64,000 nucleotides of DNA from positions 682,001 to 746,000 of the forward strand of contig MCFH01000013.1 in NCBI GenBank assembly GCA_002104945.1, given 5' to 3'. Shown in pieces: positions 42,916 to 54,000 of the stretch; within the stretch, counting starts at the first letter, position 1, and each line of letters starts with the position of its first letter. The translations under genes were made by a program, and so were the position numbers. Under the pieces are notes generated by a model. It made no database searches. It was not told where the DNA came from and worked only from the letters and a program-made list of their open reading frames with translations. The stretch is from Piromyces finnis finn. Lineage: Eukaryota; Fungi; Neocallimastigomycota.

Positions 42916-43268
42916 TACATTTTTTCGACTGGGTTACTTGCTAAATTTACTACATATTTTTGACTGGGGTCATTACACTATGTAGAGGGTTACTACATTA
43001 CTTGGTGAATTTATTACATATTATCTACTGGGTCATTACATTATGTAGAGGGTTACTACATTACTTGGTGAATTTATTACATATTATCTACTGGGGTCAT
43101 TACGTTATGTAGAGGGTTACTACATTATGTAGAGGGTCATTACATTATGTAGAGGGTTACTACATTATTTGCTAAATTTACTATATATTTTTTACTGGGG
43201 TCATTACGTTATGTAGAGGGTCACTACACTATGTAGAGGGTTACTACATTACTTGGTGAATTTATTAC
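42916..43268. repeat. Complex minisatellite of about 16 units (20-23 bp) built from three subunit types in higher-order order Z-X(n)-Y
   Basis: X=TACATTATGTAGAGGGTTAC (20 bp, 7 copies), Y=TACATTACTTGGTGAATTTAT (21 bp), Z=TACATATTATCTACTGGGGTCAT (22-23 bp); anchor TAC(A/G)(T/C) at 42951, 42974, 42994, 43015, 43037, 43057, 43078, 43101, 43121, 43141, 43161, 43182, 43205, 43225, 43245. Confidence 0.95.
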
Positions 43269-44097
43269 TTTTAATGAATATAAAAAGTATGAATTTTTAT
43301 TTTAAATTTCAAAATACAGATTTTACAAAGTTATTATTATTCTTTTAAATATTTATATAAATTATTATTATTTGATTTTTAATTTAAAAATTATTATAAT
43401 TTTTTTTCTTGAGATAGCAACAATCCATAAAAGTTTAGTTGTTAAATTCTTAGTTGTTTGACATATCCACTAACTATTATGAAATATACATGGTTTGAAA
43501 AATATTATTTTTCATTAAATAAATCTTATTAAACTTAAATATTAATTATAATAAAGAACTTTTATTTGATATTACTACTAAGAGAAAATTATTGAAGAGG
43601 TTTTTTTTTATTTTTTAATTAAATAAAGTTAAAGTATAAAGTTATTCCAATTATGAAAAGTCTTATTAATTCATATTTGGAATATATAAAATATAGAGTT
43701 ATTGATTATTCAAAATTTACTACTGTTAGAATATAATTTTTCCATACTTTTAAATATGCTATGAAAAATTATATTTTTTATAATGAATTTCTTAATTAGG
43801 AAGAATGTATCAACTAATACAAATAATTTATATTTTTATAATATATCAATATATCATTATATTGTTAATTCATTTTCATGTAAATATTTTTCCCCTTTAT
43901 TTTAAACATAAAAGTAAAAAAGTAAACTTGAATGGAAAGGTGTTACATATTAATATTAGTATTAAAACCTTTTCATTTATATAATTCATTCTTTTAATTA
44001 ATTTTAATATTATAGAAAAAATATATTAATATTAATAGCTTTTAGTATAGCTCTAGGTTTCTTTTTATCTTAGGACATAATATTTCAATGTATTTTT

Positions 44098-44108
44098 AGA
44101 TAAAATAT

Positions 44109-44111
<3 letters not shown>
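44098..44111. repeat. Target-site duplication, left copy
   Basis: AGATAAAATATAAT identical to 48477-48490; the last T is shared with the T run. Confidence 0.9.
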
Positions 44112-44147
<36 letters not shown>

Positions 44148-44166
44148 GGCATCAAATATTTTAAAC

Positions 44167-44172
44167 TTTATT
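44167..44172 (-). terminator. Polyadenylation signal AATAAA of the LINE
   Basis: TTTATT on + strand, 22 nt before the poly(A) start at 44144 in element orientation. Confidence 0.6.
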
Positions 44173-44385
44173 ATTAATTTAATTAAAATTATAATACATG
44201 TAATAAAAAAATTAAAAATAAAAATAAAAATAAAAAAAAATATGTTTAAATAAACACAAATGAATAAAAATTGGGTATAATGTATTCTAGTAATTTTAAT
44301 TAAAGTAAGAAAGCCACTATCATACTAAAGTATAATAATTGTATTTGACTTCCAATGGGACACCGAGCCAAAGATCAAAATTTTG

Positions 44386-47300
44386 TCATGGAACAAAATT
44401 ATGATCTCCATTGGTTGCGCTGGCCCTCCTGGCCTGTCTTACTGTTTCTTCAGCATTGACGCTCTTGGATGTTGCTTCAAACCTTTTGAACATTGACCAT
44501 TGCTGGCCAATAGCAAAAGGCATGATTTTGGTTAGAAGTTCCGCGGTTACCGTCAAGAATGGTGTTCCTTCATTAGTACCAGATTGAATCTGACGCTTAC
44601 AAAGTTCTTTCCATTCCCTTGAATTGTAATTAATATTGTTAAAATTTCTTCCCCCAAGAAGGAATTTAAATATTTTACTGCACACACTAGAATAATCATA
44701 CACATTAATATTCACCGGATTATTAGAACTATTACTATCATTAACTAAATTACTATCTAAATTAGAATTATTATCTTCACTATATCTATTATTACTAATA
44801 TTATTACTATTATTATTATTATTATTATTATAACTACTACTACTATTGTTATTATTATTGTTGTTATTATTACTATTGTTACTATTACTATTAATGTTAT
44901 TGCTATCTCTACTGATATTAACATTTTCATTATTATTGATAGGACTGTTGGAATTACGTTGACTAAAAAAATTTAATAGCTGGACTATAGAATCATAATG
45001 TTTAATACGGATATCTCTAAATGTTGGACAATCTAATAACCAATGTTTAATACTTTGAACACCACACTTGCAACATGGACAGTAGTTAGAACAAACTGGA
45101 TCAACAAATTTAGCAGCTTTGGCAATTCTAGCATCCAACTTGTATCCGCTTCTTGCTTTCAATAGCCAGTAGAAGCCATAGGCAAACTCTGGATACTCAT
45201 AACATAATTTAATAAAATCTTTAGTTTCAATAAATTTATTATCATCATAATATTGCGCTTTGATTGAATTCCCTTTGAGATCTTTCCAATAAAAGTTTTT
45301 AACTGCTTTAACATCTTCATGCTTCTTTAGTTTTTTATCAAGTGTCCTACTTGATTTGCACCACGTGTATTTTCTAAATTTAGGAATGTAATTGACAAGG
45401 TATGAGATAATACAATTTGAGTTTTTCCATTTGTTAAAACATCTAACCTGAGCTAACGCACATTTGGCTGACAATGGAGGAATATTCAAATCTTTTGAGA
45501 TAGAGTATAAAGATATAAACGATACAGCTTTATGAACTCCGGCTACCCATCGTATTCCTTTGTTGACATGCTTCTGAGCAATCCTAGACCTAGCTTTATT
45601 GGATCCAAGTAATGGTGCAAAGTATGAAACTCTGCTGATTACTTGTGAGTTAAGTACTAGTTTTTTGAAAGGAATAGGAATATTAGGATTTCTTAAGAAT
45701 TTACTGATTGAGAAAAGTCCTTTCAAAACCTTGTTATTAAGAGTTTTAATTACTGGTTTAAGGGACAAATTCTTATCAAATGGAACACCAAGATAAGTAT
45801 AACAATCAGTAGTTGGAATGGGTTGTCCTGCTAAGTAAAATGTTGGATCTCTCTTGTTCTGATTTTCTATTGATTCAGGGCGAATCACCATCGTTGAACA
45901 TTTCTGGATACCAAATTCCATTTCATTATACAATGCCCATTCATTAACTCTTCTAAGCATCTTTTTTAAGCATCCTCTTGTTGGAGCACAAATAACTATA
46001 TCATCTGCAAAAAGTCCACCACAGCATCGAGTGTCACCTAAACTGATTCCGAGATCTTCGCACTCTTTAAAAATATCATTAATAAAGAGATTAAAAAGAA
46101 TAGGCGAAAGTGGGCAACCTTGACGGACTCCTTTCTTCACATCAAAAGATTTCGAAAATTGTCCATCTAATTTGACATTAGCCTTAGATGTTAAATATAA
46201 ATTTTTGATAAATTGTAAACTCTTACCTCGGATTCCTAAACAATCTAATTTATGGATAATATTACCGATTGGGACTGAATCATATGCTTTCCTGAGTTCT
46301 AAAAAGGCCAAATATGTCTCTTTATTATCTAATTGACGTCTACGGCATATTTCTTGGATTGAAATGAAAAGACTAATACTTTCTTCTTTTTTTCGAAAAC
46401 CAAATTGTTCAAGTCTAATGAAATTATTCTTTAGACCATATTCTGAGATTCTAGTGGTGACAATTTTGGAAATCAACTTAATACCATTATTGATAAGTGA
46501 TATACCTCGATAGTTATCACAATCTGTCAAATCTCCCTTCTTAGGAATGGAAACAATACTGGATTCATTCCATGAGTTGGGGAAATCTCCATCCCAAATA
46601 CGGTTGAATAATTTAAGAATAAAATTTAAACCATAAGCATCATTATCTGAAGTGGTATTACCAGAAGAATTATTACCTGTAGCATTATTAGAATCATTAA
46701 TTGATGGAATTAATGCTTTGTAAAATTCAATTGGAATACCATCCGGACCTGATGCTTTATAATTTGGAGTAGAGAGGATAGCTGACTTGACTTCATCAAT
46801 ACTAATATCTTGGTTGATATCCCACTCATCAAGCATAGGAAGTGAAAAATGTTTATTCGTTGGTTCTTCATACCAATGCTCCAAATCAAGACTTACACCA
46901 TTTGGATCTGATACAAGGTTTTCGAAATGATCATGCCACACTTCTAGTTGTTCTTCCGTAGCAACAACTAATTCTCCATTTTTATTTTTAATTGGTTGAG
47001 CAATAAAGAAAGAATCTTTTCCAATTTTTGCAGTTTTCTTGATCCATTTCCAGGCCTTCTTAGGATTATGACTCTTCATATACTCACATCTTGTTTTAAT
47101 CCAATGAAGATATTCTTGCTTCCTAAATTCATTACATCTTTTGTGGATGTAATCAATGAGCTTACGGTAGATTTTAATTCTTTTAATAAATTCATCTATA
47201 TCATAAATTCTTTTTTTTTTAAATCTCTTATACAACTTCATTTTGATTTTTTGAAGATTAAAAATTTGTTGTGAAATATGAAATGAAGACTTTATAACAT

Positions 47301-48476
47301 TATTTGCTGAGGTAATACTGAGCTCGTCTGCAATTGAAAAAGCAGTTGAAGTAAACTCTTTGGAAAGTTCATCTGTAGAAACATTAGAATCGTTGAGTTT
47401 TGCTGAAAGTATTTGGAATTTATTATGACTGATAATAGATTCCTTTTCCTCAATACATTTTAATCTATTCCATTTCAGAATTTTCTTAGGAACATTAAAG
47501 TCATTAGAAAAATCTTCCATAGGAATAATTTTACCATTAATAAGAAGTGGCTTATGGTCTGATACAGGATAAAAATTATTTATAAATGATCCTGAGTGAA
47601 TAAGATCTTTCATCTTCGAATTGATAAGAGCATGGTCAATGTCGGAAGATTGATCACCTCGAGTCCAAGAGATAGTAGACCCTCTAAGCGGAAGAATTTC
47701 CCAATCTCCTAATCCATTAGTTGATAACCAGTTGGATAATTTTACTTTAGACATATTAAAATCACCAACAAGAATCGATGGATGGGATGAATGAGTTTGT
47801 AACCACAAGCGAACTTCTAACTTTGCATGATCAACATAGATGTTGTGATGACTATGAGGCATATAAACATTTCCAATCGAGCATTTGAATCTATTCCAAA
47901 GACTAAAAGTATAAATAGAAATAATATACTTTCCAGAGAAGTTTTCAAGTGAGGCTTGACACGAATTGTGAAAACCTAAATATAAACCTCTCATTCCAGG
48001 AACTGATTCGTCAGCTTTCTTGAAAAAGTGTCTATAGTTCCGCAAAGTAACACGACAAGGATAATCTGTATTCGATCCAGAACCATTACCAGTTTCTTGG
48101 AAACATAAAAATAATGGTTTGAAAATAGCTGTGAAATAGCTAATACTATCTTTCTTTTCGTGATTCCACCCATTGGTGTTCCAACTAAGACAAAAAGAAA
48201 AGTTATCAGGCTTGTTGGATGAGGAAGAATCGTTGCTATTATTACTATTATTAAAGTCATCATTACTAATGGATGATGCATCAGAGGAATAAGTAGAACT
48301 ATTACTAGATGGCTGTGAAATTGAAGAACTATCAACTATTGAACTGTTATCAGAGTTGATAGAACTATTAGAATTAATTGTTGAATGTTGAGATTGAAAT
48401 TGTGTTTGCTGTAGAACTGGAATATTTTCATGATGGGAAACTTGTTGAAGATCTTGTTGAAGATCAACCTCAATAA
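44386..48476 (-). CDS. LINE ORF2-like polyprotein: AP endonuclease, reverse transcriptase, C-terminal CCHC zinc finger (no own start codon in this copy)
   Basis: APE: SWNTNG, FQET, GNVY, GDFN, DIDH, SDH. RT: KASGPDGIP, NYRGISL, QFGFR, FLELRKAYDSV, GVRQGCPLSPILF, FADD, YTYLG. Zinc finger CPCCKCGVQSIKHWLLDC. The ORF-track start at 48495 lies in flank/TSD. Confidence 0.93.
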
Positions 48477-48490
48477 AGATAAAATATAAT
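48477..48490. repeat. Target-site duplication, right copy
   Basis: AGATAAAATATAAT identical to 44098-44111. Confidence 0.9.
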
Positions 48491-49352
48491 ATCAAATGTG
48501 TTGTTATAATAATTTAAATTATAACTTTCGTAAGTTGACATAATATGCTATATCAATTATATATATAACAATAAGTGGATTTGAGTTAATGTAGTAGTAT
48601 ATTTAAGTGCTTTACCTCCATTATTGAGGTTGTTATTTCATATTAAAATCTTCATACAATTTGATTTTCTCCATTTATCATAAAATATAATTTAATAACT
48701 ATGTAACTACATAACTACTTAATTCTCTTTTAAAGAATTACAAGCTAATAAATGAATTTTTTTATATACAAAACCAATGTTACTAAAATATCGAATAAAT
48801 ATTAATATTAAATAATATAAAAATTATTTATTACATTTTTTTGTAAATATATTTTAAAACTTTAAATTTACTATCGTTTTTATACTTTATAATTTTACAT
48901 ATACTTTAATACTGTTAATAAAAAAATGTTGCGGAAATATCATCAAAAACCATATCTAAATATTTTCAAAATATCCGGGAAAAAATCCTAAAATTGCTAT
49001 ATTAACAAATACTAATTTTATATTTTCAATGTATAATAAAAATCAAATATCATATCATAATAGCAAAATACACCATAATGAAATATCTATTTTATATAAT
49101 AAATTTTTCTCTTAATAAAAATTTTTAAAATTTTTATTAATAATAAACTAATAATTTTGGGTATTCATTAAATATAATAATAATATCTAATGACAAAAAA
49201 AAACCATAATTATTATTAATTATGATAAAGGTATATATTATTAGTTATTTTTACTTTTCATATACTATGGTATATATATATATTTTTTTTAAGTTATATT
49301 TTTAAATTTTTGATATTTTTGTAAAAATGGGTAAAAATTATTTAATAATTTT

Positions 49353-51008
49353 TTAATGGTACTTGACACGACATTTACGAATAGCCTTTCCTTTTGGTTT
49401 TCTGGAGGATGGCTTTTTGTTATTTGAATCATTTTGTTTAATAGCGTTAACAGTCTTTGAAATAGTAGTTTGGTTAAATTCTTCAATAGCTTGAGTTGGT
49501 GTTGGAGTTTCTACTTCATTATTATTTTCATTATCAACATCATCATCGTCATTATCATCAACACCAGCAACTGTTACAGTTGGTTCTGGTTGAACTTCAG
49601 TAATTGTTACAGTTGGTTCTGGCTTAACAACACAAATTCCATCGTTATTTTCAGTATATCCACTGTTACAATAACATCTTCCTTCAACTAATGTACTTAT
49701 TTCATTACATTTTTCACATGAACTTCCATTGTTACATTTAGAACAATTAAGTGGACAAGCGGAGCATCTGCATTTATCTCCAACAAATGATCCTTCTCCA
49801 CAATCCATATTAATATTAAAACGAGCAATACCACTAGAATTAGCTTCGATGAATTCCTTGTATGTAATTTCTTCAGTTATAGAGTTTGGTAATTTACCAT
49901 AATTCTTATTTTCAATATTAATTTTGAATTGACTGAACTCTGCGAATACACCGTTAGCATCAATTCCCCATTTAGCATTTTCTTTGTTGTCAATAATAAC
50001 ACTTTCACAATTTTCAACAAATTCTTTTTGGAATTCTTCAAAATTTAATTTTTTGTTTGAAGAAAGGATACAAATAACTTGATTTTGATCTTGATTATTA
50101 CATTGATTTTGGTAGATTTCTATTATGTATTTTTGTTTTTCAGCAAGAATACCATCAATGTGTGCATATTGGGCATCTTCTCTCTTTAGAACATATCCTT
50201 CATAGAAATCACCAAAAAGCTCTTTCATTTGGTCATAATCTTCATTAAAAGAATTTTTAACAATATCATAGAATTCTTTGTTATCACAATTTTCTCCATT
50301 AATATTATTAGTTGAAAGATACCATCTCCAGTGATAGACACCATTTGTTTTATCTCTTATATTGGTATAATCAATGTAGATACCACACTTTTCTCTAAGG
50401 TTATCTAAACCAGAGTTCATATCCCAATGAACAATAGCATATGGAGTATTATTGGAAGATGGTCCGAAATGTGAAACATCAAAAGTCTTGTTAATATCAT
50501 CTGGTTTAACATTGGAATATAATAAGTATGTAGCAATGGCAAGTTCACTTTTAAATGTTTGTTTAATAGTAATTCCATCACAAGATTTTAAATCCTTAAT
50601 AGTTAAAGAAAAATATCCAGCCTCTTCTTCTGAAGTACTAAAGTTTGAAATTTCATTGTCATTTTGATAAACTCTAACATAATTATTTATTTCATTATTA
50701 TTAAATTTATAATTTTCGGAGTTAAGACCTTCATTACCATTCTTTAAATTAGAAATTTTTAAGTTGAAAGAACTACTAATAGAAAAAATGGGTTTTTCTT
50801 TATTAACAGAAATTTTATCAATATCATCATCAATACCGAAATTTACAAAATTAATGTTACATTCATCTTTCTTTCTTAAAACACCGTTTTTAGTGTATTC
50901 AAGTTCAATACCATTATTCATTATTTTAAAAAGACTGAAATGAGCACTTACTAAGCAAGCATTATACAAAGTAAGTAAAGTGAAGAATTTTAAAAAATTC
51001 TTTACCAT
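49353..51008 (-). CDS. Intronless secreted protein of unknown function with a furin/EGF-like Cys-rich module, PEPTVT repeats, an acidic stretch and a basic C-terminus
   Basis: Signal-peptide-like MVKNFLKFFTLLTLYNACLVSA; Cys module CRCSACPLNCSKCNNGSSCEKC...GRCYCNSGY...GICV; 551-aa uninterrupted ORF. Confidence 0.85.
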   Translation of the reverse strand: MVKNFLKFFTLLTLYNACLVSAHFSLFKIMNNGIELEYTKNGVLRKKDECNINFVNFGIDDDIDKISVNKEKPIFSISSSFNLKISNLKNGNEGLNSENYKFNNNEINNYVRVYQNDNEISNFSTSEEEAGYFSLTIKDLKSCDGITIKQTFKSELAIATYLLYSNVKPDDINKTFDVSHFGPSSNNTPYAIVHWDMNSGLDNLREKCGIYIDYTNIRDKTNGVYHWRWYLSTNNINGENCDNKEFYDIVKNSFNEDYDQMKELFGDFYEGYVLKREDAQYAHIDGILAEKQKYIIEIYQNQCNNQDQNQVICILSSNKKLNFEEFQKEFVENCESVIIDNKENAKWGIDANGVFAEFSQFKINIENKNYGKLPNSITEEITYKEFIEANSSGIARFNINMDCGEGSFVGDKCRCSACPLNCSKCNNGSSCEKCNEISTLVEGRCYCNSGYTENNDGICVVKPEPTVTITEVQPEPTVTVAGVDDNDDDDVDNENNNEVETPTPTQAIEEFNQTTISKTVNAIKQNDSNNKKPSSRKPKGKAIRKCRVKYH

Positions 51009-54000
51009 TTTGTTATCTTTAAACTTTCAACAAAGGGTATATTAATTTTATTTCTATATAAATATAATTTTTTTTTATTATTTATTTAATTATGTTAATA
51101 TTAACACCTATTATATAATATTTAAAAATTAAATAATAAAATAGTTAGATTACAAATATTAATAATAAATGAATGATTTTTTTTTTAATATTAAATAAAA
51201 TTAGTTTTAAATATTTTTTTTTACTAACCTAAGATTATAGATGAAATATGGATTGGTATAAAAAATATTAAATATTATAATATTTTTGAATATTCAATAT
51301 TAATGAATATATTTTTTTTAAAGAAAAATCAAGTTCCTTTTATATCTAAAATCCAAATATAACAATAATTATAATAATTACATGTAACTTATAAACAAAT
51401 AGTAAATTAAATATGGGGAAAATAATATTAAAAATTTATTTTTAAAATTTATTATTATTTCTATAAATTAATTTGTTATTAAAACTTAATTGTAACTATT
51501 TTTAAATTAAATATATTTTTCTTTATATAAAGTTTGGAGAAATTCTTTTAATTAAATAATCATTAAAGCTTTTAATAAAAAATTAAAATTTTAAATATAT
51601 ATATTTTTTTACAATGCAAAATAATAAAAAAGTGTGTACTTTATTATTCTTCTTATCGATTGATCAATATATATATAATAAACAGATTATTATCATTATT
51701 AATTTAATACTAAACTTTTAATTTTATTAAATATAATTTTATTTCAGTGGATTACTATATTTTTATTTTTATTTTATAATTATTTTTTTTTTGTATTAAT
51801 AATATAATTTCAATATAAATAATAATAAAGATGATTTACTATAAATATGTTATAATTATAATTCTTATTCTATAAAAAAAAAAGTTGCAAAGTTGTTTAA
51901 ATTTATATAAATAATGAATTATTTAATTATTTTATTGAGTTATTCAATAAACTTGAAAAAAATTAAATGTTTTATATCATTTAGAATATTAAGGATGTAA
52001 ATATAATTATATTACTTAAATCATAGGTTATTAATAATAATAATTTATTATCTTTTAAACAATTAATTGTAATTTACAAAAATATCTCATACATTAATGA
52101 ATAAACCAAAAGTCATTTAATGTAAAAAAAAAAAAAAACTTTAAAAATTATAAAAATATTTTTTATTTATTATTTATTCATAAATATTGATAAATATAGA
52201 TAATTAAATATTAAATATTTATAAGATATTATCTAGAAAAATCATCATTTTTTTTTTTTTAAAAAAAAAGTCACTAAATATATTCATTACAAAAATAGTT
52301 TTCATTATTTACTCTAGTTTTTGTTTAGTTTTAATTCAAAATATTAAAATTGTGATATTGAATATATATAAATTTATATAAATGCTTTAATGTAACAACA
52401 TATTACAAAAAAACGAATATATTTTTTTTCTTTAGATTTATATACTAATTACAAAGAACAATTATATTTTTATATAATATAAAAAAGAGTATTTTGAGTA
52501 TCTTTTGTTAATATATTGGTAGATTTCATTCCTATTATATAAATCTTTTTAAATCTTTATGGTATAAGAATTTTATACATTAAATATTTTTAATACCTAA
52601 TTTATAAAGTACATTATTCCTTTATATTTAAAAAATACATGTTAAAAAATACATGTTATAATAAAATTTAAAGTTACAAAACAATTATTAATAAATGTTT
52701 TTTTTTAATAAATACTAATTATTTCCTTTTTCATGGATCTATTTAATAGTAATATAATTATTTTGTATAGCAAAAAAAAAATATTTTAAGATAATAAAGT
52801 GAAATGTTGTTATATAGACATTTTATCATTCATTTAATCCTTCGAAATTTTAATTATCAATAATAATTATTTATTTTAAAATAATAACAATGTATTTTAA
52901 AATACTTTTCAATAATATTTATTTTAAAATATGTATTTTAAAATACTTAAAGTTATATATAATCATCATTTAATTAAAATATCATATTGAAACAATTCTA
53001 TTACATGAACTTTTAAAATATTAAAATTTCCCATTTCAACGAAATAATCCCATGTTTTGAGGAAATATAAACATTTTATACATCCACAATTCAAAAAACA
53101 ATTATTAATTTTACATTTTTATTTATTATATATTACATCTTAACACTTTTACATTTTTCCTTTTTATATCAATTCCAATACTTTTATATTTTTCTTTTCA
53201 TTTTCTAAAAAAAACTATCTTAGAGATAATAACTTTTCATTTTTTTTAAAACCTCTTCCCTAAACAACAAATTCTTTTCATAATTTCTAAAAACTTTTTT
53301 AATTTTTCTTTTTACAACCAATTTCCATTAATTGGTTAAAAATGTTACACGAATATAGATTGACAGAAAATTTCCATTTTTATAAATATGATATTAATAT
53401 AAAATAATATTAATATTAATATCCATTTTAATGTAAATTTATTGGATAGTAAAATTATTATTATTATTATTATTATTACCATAATATTTAATTGAGAGGT
53501 TTAAACTTTTAGAATATTGAAAAAAAAAGTTTATAGTTATTTAATATGCTAATAAAAAACAAAAGTTTTTATTTATAATTAATGTGCCTATAACAAATAT
53601 ATTCAGAATATAAAATGAATATAAAATAAATAAAACCAAACAATTTCTGCCTAAACAAATATAGTTTAAGCAATTAATTTTTTTCTAAATTTTTAAAATT
53701 CTGAAACATATATTAAAGTTTATTTTTATGGAAATTCAGGTTTTTAAGATAATGAATGAAAAAAGTTTCATGTAACAAAGTTTTTAAATTATTTTTTAAT
53801 TTAAATATTGAATGATTTATTAATAATTCAACTATTAATATATTATATTTTGATATCAATATAAAGGAAAAAAGAAAAAAGAAAAAAAAAACAATTATAT
53901 ATAATCTAAATATATTAGATTATACCCATTAATATATATTAGACATTATTATGGAACAAAAAAAATTGTTTTGTGGTTATAATTTTTTTAAACCCTTCCA

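Larger units (their letters stand above)
44111..48476 (-). mobile_element. 5'-truncated APE-type non-LTR retrotransposon (LINE) with poly(A) tail and target-site duplication; clade not assigned
   Basis: 34-nt T run at 44111-44144 (poly(A) on minus strand), AATAAA about 22 nt upstream, TSD AGATAAAATATAA(T) at 44098-44111 and 48477-48490, APE-RT-CCHC ORF inside. Confidence 0.96.

Noticed and set aside
42916-43268. CRISPR array or interstitial telomere interpretation of the minisatellite
   Set aside because: The intervening segments are themselves repeated rather than unique spacers, and no cas genes are present. GGGTTA occurs but never as tandem TTAGGG.
44436-44455. CTGAAGA in LINE sense as a hammerhead ribozyme core
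   Set aside because: No stem II followed by GAAA and no compatible stems I/III.
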